From an uncultured Bacillales bacterium (GTDB lineage Bacteria; Bacillota_I; Bacilli_A; RFN20; CAG-826), in contig CAMOEI010000006.1 of NCBI GenBank assembly GCA_946612115.1, positions 11,484 to 75,483 on the forward strand: a stretch of DNA of 64,000 bases, read 5' to 3'. The notes below the pieces were generated by a model. That model was not told the DNA's origin. It saw only the letters and a list, made by a program, of their open reading frames with translations, and did not search any database. This document shows, one piece after another, positions 27,535 to 37,905 of this stretch; position 1 is the first letter of the stretch, and every line of letters begins with the position of its first letter. The position numbers were made by a program, and so were the translations under genes.

Positions 27535-30500
27535 TGAAAATCAAGACCCTTTTCGTTACTTCTTTACTAACCCTTCCTCTTTTAACTGCGTGTGTTCAGA
27601 AAGGACATATTTCATTTGCCAAGGACAGCTATCAAATACATAGCGGTGACAAAGTCAAAGTTAAACAAAACTATTCTAATGTTTCTTATTCTATTGAAGG
27701 AAATAAACCTGCTAGTTTAAGAGTCAATAGTAAAAGTGGAGTTATCACCTTTGGTGATGATGTAAATAATTATTCACAGTTTATTTATAAAGCAGCGTTT
27801 GAGAAATGGTCTTGTTCCACTGTTATCACACTTCTCAGAAGTGACCCAGTACCAGAATTAGAATTTGTTTCCCCAACAAATTATATTTGTGATGGAGATT
27901 TGGTCTTAGCTAAATCAAGCAATGATAAACTCTCAATCACTTATTCAATCACTTCAAATAATAGTGGTGTTTCAATCGATTCCTCTAGCGGAAGAGTGAA
28001 TTACACTGCAGCGGCAACAGATGGAGAAGAATTCACAGTTAAGATTTCCTCTAATGGGGCAAATAAAACTCATACCTTTATCGTGGCGAAATCTAACTTA
28101 GCAAAAGTTTATGATGTCAACCAAGTCATTGAAAAGGATGGAAGTCCCGCTGCGTTTGAACTTGATTTCAGCGAAGTCTCTCCAAGCTTTAGTCACACAG
28201 TTATGGGAATCTCTAAAGGCAATAGCATTTTAGATAACTCATATTATACATATGATTCAACTAGACAAGTTTTAGTTATCAACTCTTCTATTAATGAAAT
28301 CCTTATTCCTGGAGAAAATGAATTATCGATCATTACTCCTAGAAATAACATTAAAATTAATGTTATCAGTGCGACTAAATTAATTAGAACCCCAGAAGAT
28401 TTAGCAAGTATCAATTCCTCTCGTAGTGCGTTACAGGGTTATTACATCTTGGCTAATAACATCGACTTAACTGATTACTTAAGTAAAGGCCATGCTGGAT
28501 ATAATGACGGCAAAGGATGGGCGCCTATTGGTGTTTATCACGATGTCACCGATGGTACAGCGATGTATGACATTTTCAATGGAACATTCGATGGTAATGG
28601 TTACACGATCAGTGGACTTTATTTCAATAGATCAACTTCAGAAGAAACTAGCTTCAACTGCGGTTTATTTGGATACGCTGGTAACTTATCAATCATTAAA
28701 AACTTAGGTGTTGTTGGAGCAGATGAAACTTGCTTTGGCAAGAGTTACATTGGTGGCTTCATTGGTGTTAATGAAGGCATCATCTCTAACTGCTGGGCAG
28801 ATGTCGATATTTCAAATAACTACGAAGGTTTAGACCACAAGATGTGTGGTGGATTTGTTGGAAGAAACATTGGCACGATTGAAAATTGTTATTCATTAGG
28901 TAAAGTCGATGGAGAACTTAACTTTGGAGCGTTCATCGGAAAAAATGACAAAGGTGTTATCAAGAACTGTTTTGCAAATAAAGAATCCAGTGACCAATAT
29001 TCTGGTGATTATATCGATCCTGAAATTGAAGCTCATTGTTTCTTTAAAACATTAGACCTTATGAAGGCTCACGATTACTCTGATGATTTCTCCAGCGAGT
29101 ACTGGGATTTAAGCAAGTCTCTTCCAGAATTAAAGACACACTTGCATTCCTTCTATGCTGATCGAATTGTCTTTGATCCAATTGAAGCGGAATACACCAA
29201 AGGTGACACGATTCATTTCAATTACCATATCATTCCTTATGAATTAGAGTCTCAATACATCGACCAAGTTGAAGTGACAGTCAATGATTCACATTCAACT
29301 GCCTATCAATTTAGTGTTGTGACCACTGATGATTCTTTAAACGATATCGAAATCACTCTCTCTTTAGAGATTTATGGAATATTAATCCAAACCAAAGCCT
29401 CAGTCCATCTCTTTGATAAACCAACTGAGATCGTCTTCAGTGAAGATTTACCTCAATATGTTGAACCAGGAAAGAGATATCGTCTTAACTCTTCAGTCAA
29501 TCCAGACACCGCGTCTCAACAAGTTGTTTGGTCGCTTAAATCAACCAAAGTTCTTGGTGTTTCAATTGAAGATAATATTTTGACAGTGGGTGAGCTCGTT
29601 CAAAAATATCACAATGAAACATTTACAATTCAAGCCAAGACTCTTTCCAATAACATCACTTTTGAAAAGGTCTTAACTCTAAATCAACCTAAGTATCTCG
29701 ATAATGGTTACACCCTCTTTAAAGATGACACTAATGACTTAGTCATTGAGATGCCAAACGAAGAGAATTTAACTAACGCTCAAGTCTATCGCTATAACAA
29801 AGCGACCTCCTTCTCCGTTAGCGAACATACCATTACAATTCCTCGAAGTGTCTTAATCGAAATCCCAGATACGACAATTACGTTTAATGTTAGACTCGTA
29901 AATGGAACATATTATCGAGTCTATGGTACATATATCTCTCACGATAGGATTACTTCTGTTGAGGGAGAAGTTATTCACTTATCTTCTAAAGAAAAATTCT
30001 ATCAATATTTCAATCAAAAAGACTTCGACGAAAATAGATTTGCTAATTATGACAAAGTCTTTGTCTTAGATAACGACATTAACTTTGAAAATGAAAAACT
30101 TTACGGTATTGGCTTTACTGATGATGAAAAACACATTGAACATCAATTCACAGGAAAAATCTATGGAATGGGTCACAAGATTAAAAACGCGAGAGTGGAA
30201 GAAAGTGAAAGATACTTTGCTTTAACTCCAGAAGAAAGGGAAGAAGATCCAACTCATTATAAATACCGTTCAAGTAAATTCGTCGTTGGTTTCTTTGGCA
30301 AGTTCAATGGACAAATCTATGATGTAGTTTTTGAAAACATCAAAGTTATCGGAAGAAATTACTGTGGTGTATTCGCTGGTACTTGTGGACCTAATTCTAG
30401 AATTGAAAATGTCATCTTCAATGGTTGTTCTGTTCAAAACGCTTACAAAGTTGATTACACGGTTATCGAAGGTACATCAGTTATTAGAACGGGTGATGTT

Positions 30501-30569
30501 ACCGCGAGAAATGAAGGCGTTATCGTTGCCACAACATTTAATGGCGAAATTTATAACTTGGAGGGTTGA
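27534..30569 (+). CDS. large surface lipoprotein with GLUG-motif repeats
   Basis: Lipobox LTAC. GLUG-like repeats (GGFIGVNEGIISNCWA..., GGFVGRNIGTIENCYS..., GAFIGKNDKGVIKNCFA). Confidence 0.65.
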   Translation: MKIKTLFVTSLLTLPLLTACVQKGHISFAKDSYQIHSGDKVKVKQNYSNVSYSIEGNKPASLRVNSKSGVITFGDDVNNYSQFIYKAAFEKWSCSTVITLLRSDPVPELEFVSPTNYICDGDLVLAKSSNDKLSITYSITSNNSGVSIDSSSGRVNYTAAATDGEEFTVKISSNGANKTHTFIVAKSNLAKVYDVNQVIEKDGSPAAFELDFSEVSPSFSHTVMGISKGNSILDNSYYTYDSTRQVLVINSSINEILIPGENELSIITPRNNIKINVISATKLIRTPEDLASINSSRSALQGYYILANNIDLTDYLSKGHAGYNDGKGWAPIGVYHDVTDGTAMYDIFNGTFDGNGYTISGLYFNRSTSEETSFNCGLFGYAGNLSIIKNLGVVGADETCFGKSYIGGFIGVNEGIISNCWADVDISNNYEGLDHKMCGGFVGRNIGTIENCYSLGKVDGELNFGAFIGKNDKGVIKNCFANKESSDQYSGDYIDPEIEAHCFFKTLDLMKAHDYSDDFSSEYWDLSKSLPELKTHLHSFYADRIVFDPIEAEYTKGDTIHFNYHIIPYELESQYIDQVEVTVNDSHSTAYQFSVVTTDDSLNDIEITLSLEIYGILIQTKASVHLFDKPTEIVFSEDLPQYVEPGKRYRLNSSVNPDTASQQVVWSLKSTKVLGVSIEDNILTVGELVQKYHNETFTIQAKTLSNNITFEKVLTLNQPKYLDNGYTLFKDDTNDLVIEMPNEENLTNAQVYRYNKATSFSVSEHTITIPRSVLIEIPDTTITFNVRLVNGTYYRVYGTYISHDRITSVEGEVIHLSSKEKFYQYFNQKDFDENRFANYDKVFVLDNDINFENEKLYGIGFTDDEKHIEHQFTGKIYGMGHKIKNARVEESERYFALTPEEREEDPTHYKYRSSKFVVGFFGKFNGQIYDVVFENIKVIGRNYCGVFAGTCGPNSRIENVIFNGCSVQNAYKVDYTVIEGTSVIRTGDVTARNEGVIVATTFNGEIYNLEG

Positions 30570-30571
30570 TT

Positions 30572-31735
30572 ATGGAAAGATTAGGCAAGAATCAAAGCTT
30601 CTCAAGAGAATATAATAATTTGCTCGTTTTAAGAATGATTCAAAAAGATTCTTTAGCGGCCACTGAGATGTCTGAAAGACTATCTCTTTCTAATGCAACA
30701 TTATCATCGATTCTCCGTTCATTCTTAAAGCTTGGTGTTATCAAAATTGGAAACACTGCATCCTTAAAGGGAATTGGTAGAAAAAGAGTGTATTACGAAC
30801 TCAATGAAAACTATGGATTAGTTCTTTGTGTTAATATCTCTAACTTCCACGTTGTCATCTCTTTAAGTAACATCAAACAAGAGGTCATTAAGAGTATCGA
30901 TATTGAAATCGAGAAATACGATAGTAAATCAATCTATAAGATTATTTTAGAGGCCACGAAACTCCTTTATGGTGACAACCAATCAGGAGCGCCTTTAAAA
31001 CAAATCATCGTTTCTCTTCCTGGAAGAGTTAACACGAAGACCGGAGACTTAGTCTTATCAAAACAATTTGAAAAAGAATTATTCTCCAAGAGCCACTTTA
31101 TTCAAAGCGCTTTTGCTCAACAGTTCCCTGATGTTCCAATCATTATTACTAATGATATCAACATCTCTGCTTTAGCAGAACAACAAAATGGCTATCTTAA
31201 AAATATTCAAAATGCTTGCTATGTTTCTGTTGATTACGGTATTGGCGGATCGTTTATCATTAATAACGAAGTCTTTGGAGGAAACCAAGGCTATGCTGGA
31301 GAGTTTGGTCTTATTAAATTCTATGATGGAGAAAAATATGAATACATAGATGAATTCATTTCTCTCCGCTCTTTAGCGTGCTCCTTATTCGGAGTTAATA
31401 ATCCATCAAAGGATGATATTGAAAAGGTCTTCGAACTTTATAACAACGATAAAGAAGTTAAGGACAAAATCTTAAAGACTGCTTCTATTTTAGGAAGAAG
31501 CTTAAGAAATGTTATGGATGTCTGTGACATTTCAACCTTTATCATCAGAGGAAGAGTGAAGAGATTTGGCAAAGACTATCTCGACACGATTAATAAACAA
31601 TTTGAAGGAATGATCTATTCTCCAACGATTAAGTTTGCCTCATTAGATTCTCGTTCAGAGATTATTGGTGCGACTTATTTTGGAGTTGAAAACATTATTT
31701 TAGATGCGGCAAGGAGGGCAACAAGTGAAGAATAA
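30572..31735 (+). CDS. ROK-family transcriptional regulator (NagC/XylR type)
   Basis: N-terminal wHTH plus ROK sugar-kinase-like fold. ATG at 30572 with RBS GGAGGG (the track starts at a TTG at 30566). Confidence 0.8.
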   Translation: MERLGKNQSFSREYNNLLVLRMIQKDSLAATEMSERLSLSNATLSSILRSFLKLGVIKIGNTASLKGIGRKRVYYELNENYGLVLCVNISNFHVVISLSNIKQEVIKSIDIEIEKYDSKSIYKIILEATKLLYGDNQSGAPLKQIIVSLPGRVNTKTGDLVLSKQFEKELFSKSHFIQSAFAQQFPDVPIIITNDINISALAEQQNGYLKNIQNACYVSVDYGIGGSFIINNEVFGGNQGYAGEFGLIKFYDGEKYEYIDEFISLRSLACSLFGVNNPSKDDIEKVFELYNNDKEVKDKILKTASILGRSLRNVMDVCDISTFIIRGRVKRFGKDYLDTINKQFEGMIYSPTIKFASLDSRSEIIGATYFGVENIILDAARRATSEE

Positions 31736-33278
31736 AAAAGTATTTCTTTCTCTTGGTGTTTTTACTCTTACTGCGGTTGTCAGTATTCCTTTTATTACGG
31801 CAAAAAAGAAAATTAATTTGGTTTTTGCTGAAGAATTACCAGATATTAATGACTCTGTAAGAATGCCTTCGATGACTTTCTATGGCAATACCTCATCTCA
31901 AATGGCGTTCACTTGGAACACGACAAATTACACCGACAGTGATCTTCAAGTTGTTGCTAAATCAATTGGTGATTTTGCAGATCCTAGTGTCATTAATTTC
32001 AGAGGGACAATTGAAAAGTCTAAGGTCCTTGATGATGGATATATTCATCGTGTTGTTGCTACTGAGTTAACTCCTAACACTGAATATATGTATCGTATTG
32101 GTGACATTGAACTTAACACCTTTGCGGAATCTGGTGAATTTAAAACTACTTCTAACACAAATAGAGATTTCAAATTTGTTCATATTTCTGATCCTCAAGG
32201 GCATAATGCCCAACACTATGAGCAATATCACTCGTTATTAGAACAAACCTCGACAGTGGAACCTGAGTTCTACGCTTTAACTGGTGATATCGTTGATTAT
32301 TCCTGGATTAACTATAACCCAACCCTTCAACAATGGGAGTGGGCGTTAACCGATCAATGGAGCATCTTTAAAAACGCTCCTGTTATGCCCGTCGCTGGTA
32401 ATCACGAAGAAGCAAACTATGATTTCCATTCTAGATTTTCTTTAAATCATCCAGAGGGAAGCGACTATATGTCTGGTGAATATTATTCAGTTGATTATGA
32501 AGGCGTCCACTTCACTTGTATTAACACTAACGATTCATCTGGTAGAAAGTCAGCAGAAACAGCGGTTGGTCTTTCAGATGAACAATTGACTTGGATTAGA
32601 AATGATTTAAATAGTCATAAGGACGATAGATTCAAAATCGTTTTAATGCATAAAGGGATCTTTGATAGTGGAGCGCATTGCGCTAACGTTGATGGAAACG
32701 ATTACGACATTGCAATTATTAGAAATCAATTAGCCCCATTATTTACAATGTATGGTGTCGACCTTGTATTGCAAGGTCATGACCATCTCTATTCCTTGTC
32801 TTATCCAGTTGTTGCGAATGAACAAGGACATCAGATAGATCCAACTTACACGATGAAGGAAGTTGATTATAATGGTCAGTCAATTAGAACGTTCTATAAT
32901 CTAAATGGAACCTTCTATTTAAACAGCGGAACTTCTAGTGGCAGTAAGTACTATGTTCCTGTTGGACAAGAAACAACTTATCACATTATGGAAACTGAAA
33001 ATCCTAGCTCTCCAATGTTTAGTGAAGTCGAAGTGAAGGACATGGTCCTTGTGGTGAAAACTTATACACTCGTTAATGGAATTAAATCTTTAATACATTC
33101 ATTCGCAATTGATAAGAATCCATATACTCCAGAACCTACCCCTGAGCCTGAGCCAGATCCAGACCCAACGATTAGAACTGGATGTAATGGTAATATTATG
33201 GTTTGTTCATTAACCATCTCACTTTTATCACTTGTTGGTGTCTCATTAATCTTATTTAGAAGAAAGAAGAAAAACTAA
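31725..33278 (+). CDS. membrane-anchored calcineurin-like metallophosphoesterase
   Basis: GNHE motif (PVAGNHE) and GHDH motif. Signal peptide. C-terminal PEPTPEPEPDPDP linker plus TM anchor. Probable GTG start at 31725 (the track ORF starts at 31704 and overlaps the ROK gene). Confidence 0.75.
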   Translation: MKNKKVFLSLGVFTLTAVVSIPFITAKKKINLVFAEELPDINDSVRMPSMTFYGNTSSQMAFTWNTTNYTDSDLQVVAKSIGDFADPSVINFRGTIEKSKVLDDGYIHRVVATELTPNTEYMYRIGDIELNTFAESGEFKTTSNTNRDFKFVHISDPQGHNAQHYEQYHSLLEQTSTVEPEFYALTGDIVDYSWINYNPTLQQWEWALTDQWSIFKNAPVMPVAGNHEEANYDFHSRFSLNHPEGSDYMSGEYYSVDYEGVHFTCINTNDSSGRKSAETAVGLSDEQLTWIRNDLNSHKDDRFKIVLMHKGIFDSGAHCANVDGNDYDIAIIRNQLAPLFTMYGVDLVLQGHDHLYSLSYPVVANEQGHQIDPTYTMKEVDYNGQSIRTFYNLNGTFYLNSGTSSGSKYYVPVGQETTYHIMETENPSSPMFSEVEVKDMVLVVKTYTLVNGIKSLIHSFAIDKNPYTPEPTPEPEPDPDPTIRTGCNGNIMVCSLTISLLSLVGVSLILFRRKKKN

Positions 33279-33279
33279 T

Positions 33280-34740
33280 ATGTCCATCTTAAAACTTGAA
33301 AACGTTACAAAAGTCTATCCTGGTAGCAAAAGAAAAGAACCAGACGTTTTAGCGGTTGATAATTTCTCTTTGGATGTCAAAGAAAAAGAATTCATCGTCT
33401 TCGTTGGTCCTTCTGGATGTGGTAAATCCACAACTTTAAGAATGATCGCAGGATTAGAAGAGATTACCAAAGGTAAATTATACATTCACGATGAGTTGGT
33501 TAATTCAATCGAACCTAAATATCGTAATATCGCGATGGTCTTCCAAAACTACGCTTTGTACCCACATATGACCGCTTATCAAAATATGGCATTCGGACTT
33601 AAAAACATGAAAGTTCCAACTCCTAAATTAGATAAGGAAGGAAAACAAGTTGTAGGAATTAACAAAAAGATGGTTTCCGCAATTAACGATGAAATCAGAA
33701 GAATCAACAAACAACTTCGTAAATTGGATGAAGGAGATAAGAAACTTGAAAAGTTAAAAGCTGAAGAACAAAACGATCAAGTCAAACTCCAAATTGAAAA
33801 GGTTAATAACCGTTATGACTTTGCGATGAGACCAATTCTTCTTTCTAAACTAGATGAAGCAAAGAAAGATTTAGAGTATTTCTCTACCACTCAAGTTCCA
33901 CTTATGGTGGATAAACACCTTCCAAAAGAAGAGATTGATAAGAAGATTAAAGATGCTTCTAAGGTTTTATGTATTGAAGAACTTCTTTATAAAAAACCAA
34001 AGAATATGTCTGGTGGACAAAGACAAAGAGTGGCCCTTGGAAGAGCAATTGTCAGGACCCCTAAATTATTCCTATTGGATGAACCATTATCTAACCTCGA
34101 CGCTAAACTTCGTGCTCAAATGAGAGTGGAAATAACTAATTTATACAATAAATTAAATACGACATTTGTCTATGTCACTCACGATCAAGTCGAAGCGATG
34201 ACGATGGGAACTAGAATCGTTGTTATGAGAAAAGGCGTTGTCCAACAAATTGATACACCAACAAACTTATACGACTATCCTGCTAATAGATTTGTCGCTG
34301 GATTCTTAGGAACTCCTCAAATGAATTTCTTTGAAGCTGAGATGAAATCATCCAAAGATAAAGTCAATGTGAAATTTGCTAATCAAGATGTTGATTTCAA
34401 ACTTAAAGATCTCAGAAAAATCAAGGATGAATTCTTAGATGAAAAAGAACATAAAGTCATCATTGGTATTAGAAGTGAAGACATCTCTCTTGATCTAAAA
34501 GGCAGTTACAAAGCTTATGTCAAGTTGGTGGAACCATTAGGTTCAGAAACATTAATTTATGCGGATTTTGCTAAGGAAAATATTGAAAATGCTGAATCTT
34601 CCACGATGATTGTTATCAAGTGTCAAGAAAGAGCGTCATACAAAATTGGCGATGAGATTTCCTTCTCATTTAACAATAGCAAGATTCATTTATTTGAAGA
34701 CTCCGAAGAAAAAGGTGAGCCTTCCATTATGGAGAATTAA
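33280..34740 (+). CDS. sugar ABC transporter ATP-binding protein (MalK/MsmK type) with a ~105-aa coiled-coil insertion
   Basis: Walker A GPSGCGKST, Q-loop MVFQNYALYP, signature MSGGQRQR, Walker B LLDEP, and a C-terminal TOBE domain. A Lys/Glu-rich insertion lies between the Q-loop and the signature motif. Confidence 0.9.
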   Translation: MSILKLENVTKVYPGSKRKEPDVLAVDNFSLDVKEKEFIVFVGPSGCGKSTTLRMIAGLEEITKGKLYIHDELVNSIEPKYRNIAMVFQNYALYPHMTAYQNMAFGLKNMKVPTPKLDKEGKQVVGINKKMVSAINDEIRRINKQLRKLDEGDKKLEKLKAEEQNDQVKLQIEKVNNRYDFAMRPILLSKLDEAKKDLEYFSTTQVPLMVDKHLPKEEIDKKIKDASKVLCIEELLYKKPKNMSGGQRQRVALGRAIVRTPKLFLLDEPLSNLDAKLRAQMRVEITNLYNKLNTTFVYVTHDQVEAMTMGTRIVVMRKGVVQQIDTPTNLYDYPANRFVAGFLGTPQMNFFEAEMKSSKDKVNVKFANQDVDFKLKDLRKIKDEFLDEKEHKVIIGIRSEDISLDLKGSYKAYVKLVEPLGSETLIYADFAKENIENAESSTMIVIKCQERASYKIGDEISFSFNNSKIHLFEDSEEKGEPSIMEN

Positions 34741-34741
34741 T

Positions 34742-35554
34742 ATGGCAAACAAAATCTTATATCTACCAAAGAATAGAAATCCAAACAAAGTTGAATATCT
34801 TTGCATCTGTGCCCACCAAGACGACAACGAAATTATGGCGATGGATGGAGTGCTTAAAGGATATGATTCTAAAGATTTCTCTTTCGCTTTAGCGGTTACC
34901 GCTGATGGAGGAGGAAGTGCTCGGACAGGTAAATTTAAAGACTTTACTGACGAGATGATGAAAGAGATCCGTATCAAGGAGCAGGAAAAGGCTGCAGAGA
35001 TTGGTAGATACAATAAATTGTATTTACTTGGGTATCCTTCAAAAGAAATCAAAGATAAAAATAACGAAGAAATCGTTAATGATTACATCGAGATTATTAA
35101 AGAGCTAAGGCCAAAAGTGATTTACACTCACTCAATCTTAGATAAGCATCCAACACATATTGGAGTTGCTCTTAAAGTTATCGAAGCTCTTAGAAGATTA
35201 TCTAAAGAATATATGCCAGAAGAGTTCTATGGATGTGAAGTTTGGAGAGGTCTTGACTGGATTAGCGATGATAAGAAAGTTGGATTTGATATGTCGAACC
35301 ACTTAGATTTACAAAAGGACATTCTCAATGTCTTTGAATCTCAAATCGCTGGCGGAAAGTCTTACACCGAAGCATCGATTGGTAGAAGATACGCAAATGC
35401 GACATATTTCCAAAGCCATTCAGTTGATTCTTATAAATTAGTTAATTACGGCATTGATATGAAAGAGTTATTAACAAACAAAAAATTAAGCGTTAAAGCT
35501 TTTGCCTTATCGTTTGTTGATGATTTGAAAAAAGAAATTGAATCCAATTTATAA
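34742..35554 (+). CDS. PIG-L/LmbE-family N-acetylglucosaminyl deacetylase
   Basis: Motif CAHQDDNEIM (AHxDDE). ATG at 34742 immediately after the upstream stop (the track ORF at 34610 is an upstream extension). Confidence 0.75.
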   Translation: MANKILYLPKNRNPNKVEYLCICAHQDDNEIMAMDGVLKGYDSKDFSFALAVTADGGGSARTGKFKDFTDEMMKEIRIKEQEKAAEIGRYNKLYLLGYPSKEIKDKNNEEIVNDYIEIIKELRPKVIYTHSILDKHPTHIGVALKVIEALRRLSKEYMPEEFYGCEVWRGLDWISDDKKVGFDMSNHLDLQKDILNVFESQIAGGKSYTEASIGRRYANATYFQSHSVDSYKLVNYGIDMKELLTNKKLSVKAFALSFVDDLKKEIESNL

Positions 35555-35644
35555 AAAATAATTGATTTTATTTGGCCTAATCACAAAATGACTTACCCAA
35601 AATAGATGACAGCCTTGGTCTGTGGATTTTGATATAATAGTTGC

Positions 35645-36247
35645 ATGGACGAAAAAGAAAAAATGCTTAAAGGGCAAATATACGACCCTGCAAATGAAGA
35701 ATTGGTTAAACTAAGAGTAAAGGCTCATAAACTTTGTTTAAAATATAACAACACAGTAGAAGAAGAAACTGAACAGAGACAAGAGATACTTAAAGAATTA
35801 GGAATAAAACTCGGCTCAAATATCTATTTACAAGGTCCAATTTATTTTGATTATGGGTGTTTTATTGAGATTGGAGATAATTCTTATGCTAATTTCAATC
35901 TAACTATTTTGGATACATGCCCTGTAAAAATTGGAAATAATGTATTTATTGGTACAGGAGTGAGTATCGTAACACCTTTACATCCTCTTAGATATCAAGA
36001 AAGAAATATTTTCCTAAGTGATAAAGGCTACTACACAGACAATGAGTATGGCAAACCAATTACAATTGAAGATAATTGTTGGATTGCATCTAATGTCACA
36101 ATTTGTGGTGGAGTAACAATTGGCGAAGGCTCAGTTATTGGAGCAGGATCTGTAGTTGTTAAATCAATTCCAAAAAATTCTTTCGCAGCAGGTAATCCTT
36201 GTCATGTTATCCGTGAAATAACTGAAAAAGATTCAATTTATAAGTAG
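35645..36247 (+). CDS. maa: maltose/galactoside O-acetyltransferase (hexapeptide-repeat family)
   Basis: Typical Maa/LacA N-terminus and left-handed beta-helix hexapeptide repeats. Confidence 0.85.
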   Translation: MDEKEKMLKGQIYDPANEELVKLRVKAHKLCLKYNNTVEEETEQRQEILKELGIKLGSNIYLQGPIYFDYGCFIEIGDNSYANFNLTILDTCPVKIGNNVFIGTGVSIVTPLHPLRYQERNIFLSDKGYYTDNEYGKPITIEDNCWIASNVTICGGVTIGEGSVIGAGSVVVKSIPKNSFAAGNPCHVIREITEKDSIYK

Positions 36248-36393
36248 CAAAATCAATGAATCCAACAAGAAAGTGATATCAAAATAGAAAATATCCGGGT
36301 GTAAAAGCCCGATTTTTTTGTTTTGATATATCAAGTTGTAAGAAAATAATATAAATATTACAATATTATGCGTTTAAGAAATGGAGCACGATT

Positions 36394-37905
36394 ATGATTG
36401 TTAGCTTATTGGGTTCTAGTGGTCACATGGGAATTAAAACTTTGGAAGAGTTTTTGAAAATTCCTGAAATAGATAAAATCAAAGTACTATTAGAAAGAAA
36501 CGAAAAACGTAATAAATTAGTAAAGAAACTCGCTAAAGAAAATAAAGGTAGAGTGGAAATATTATTTGGTGACATCTCTAATAAAGAGGATTGCGAAAAA
36601 TTGGTGGAAGGAGCCACTTATGTTTTTAATTTAGCTGCTGTTATTCCACCTAAAAGTGATAAGCATCCTGATTTAGCGACATTAGCGAATGAAGTCGGTC
36701 CAAAAAACCTCGTGGAAGTTATCGAGAAGAAACCGGATATTAAGTTTATTGATATTACTTCTGTTGCTTTATACGGACATAGAAATGAAAAACATCCTTA
36801 TGAAAGAGTGGGAGATCCACTTCTTCCTAGTGTGTTTGATGTTTACGCGGCTAACAAATTAAGAAGTGAATATCATATTTTGGAAAGCGATATTGATAAC
36901 TTTGTTATCATTAGACAAACTGCGATGATTTATTTAGAAATGTTAAATGCTAATATGTCAGATGGTTTGATGTTTCATACTTGTTTTAATGACCCACTTG
37001 AATGGTCAACTGCCGAAGATAGTGGACTATTAATGGCCAACATCATTAAAGAAGATTTAAAAGGTAATTTAAATAAAGATAATTTCTGGAGAAAAGTATT
37101 TAATCTAGGTGCTATAAAAGAAAACCGTGTATCTGGATATGAAACCATTAACGCAGGCTTTAGACTTATGGGCGGGAGCACTGATAAGTTTTTTGATCCA
37201 AACTATAACGTTACTAGAAACTTCCATGGTGGTTTCTATTATGATGGTGATGAATTAGATAAATTGTTCCATTATCAGCATGATAATCTTGATGATTATT
37301 GGGCAAAAATTGGTAAGAAATATCCTTATATCAAAATGGGGAGAATTTGCCCAAAAGGACTTATTAAGTCTTTAGCGATTAAGCGCTTATTTAAAGATAA
37401 CAATTCTCCTGCTTATTGGTATAAACATAATGATGTCGCTAGAATTACTGCCTTCTTTGGTAGTATGGAAGCATATGAAAACCAACCTAAAAAGTGGGAA
37501 GATTTTAAATTTTGGGACTATTTGCCATATCAAGATTTAAGTAAATACGAGCCAATCGACTATGGCTTTGATATTGAAAAGAGTGATCGCGATATCACTA
37601 TTGAAGATTTGAAAAACGTCGCTAAATTACATGGTGGTAAACTCCTTTCAAAAGAGTTTAAAAAAGGCGATGTTTATACAAAACTTGAATGGGAAAATAG
37701 CGATGGAGAAAAGTTTATTGCTAGACCATACACTGTTATTAGAGGCGGTCACTGGTGGAACCCATTATATGTTTCTAACACTTGGGATTTTGATCGATTA
37801 GCGAAAAAGGACGCTTTATTTGCAGCGTATTGGTATGATTCCCACAAAGAAGATGAAGACCATTGTTATTATATGAATGATGAATATGAGGCTTTCATAA
37901 AATGA
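36394..37905 (+). CDS. NAD(P)-binding Rossmann (atypical SDR/NmrA-like) protein with a large C-terminal domain of unknown function
   Basis: N-terminal LGSSGHMG glycine motif. ~250-aa W/Y-rich C-terminal extension. Confidence 0.55.
   Translation: MIVSLLGSSGHMGIKTLEEFLKIPEIDKIKVLLERNEKRNKLVKKLAKENKGRVEILFGDISNKEDCEKLVEGATYVFNLAAVIPPKSDKHPDLATLANEVGPKNLVEVIEKKPDIKFIDITSVALYGHRNEKHPYERVGDPLLPSVFDVYAANKLRSEYHILESDIDNFVIIRQTAMIYLEMLNANMSDGLMFHTCFNDPLEWSTAEDSGLLMANIIKEDLKGNLNKDNFWRKVFNLGAIKENRVSGYETINAGFRLMGGSTDKFFDPNYNVTRNFHGGFYYDGDELDKLFHYQHDNLDDYWAKIGKKYPYIKMGRICPKGLIKSLAIKRLFKDNNSPAYWYKHNDVARITAFFGSMEAYENQPKKWEDFKFWDYLPYQDLSKYEPIDYGFDIEKSDRDITIEDLKNVAKLHGGKLLSKEFKKGDVYTKLEWENSDGEKFIARPYTVIRGGHWWNPLYVSNTWDFDRLAKKDALFAAYWYDSHKEDEDHCYYMNDEYEAFIK

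Noticed and set aside
34610-35554. 314-aa LmbE ORF overlapping the ABC ATPase gene
   Set aside because: The overlap of 130 bp is implausible. The ATG at 34742, right after the ATPase stop, gives the native N-terminus MANKILYLP.
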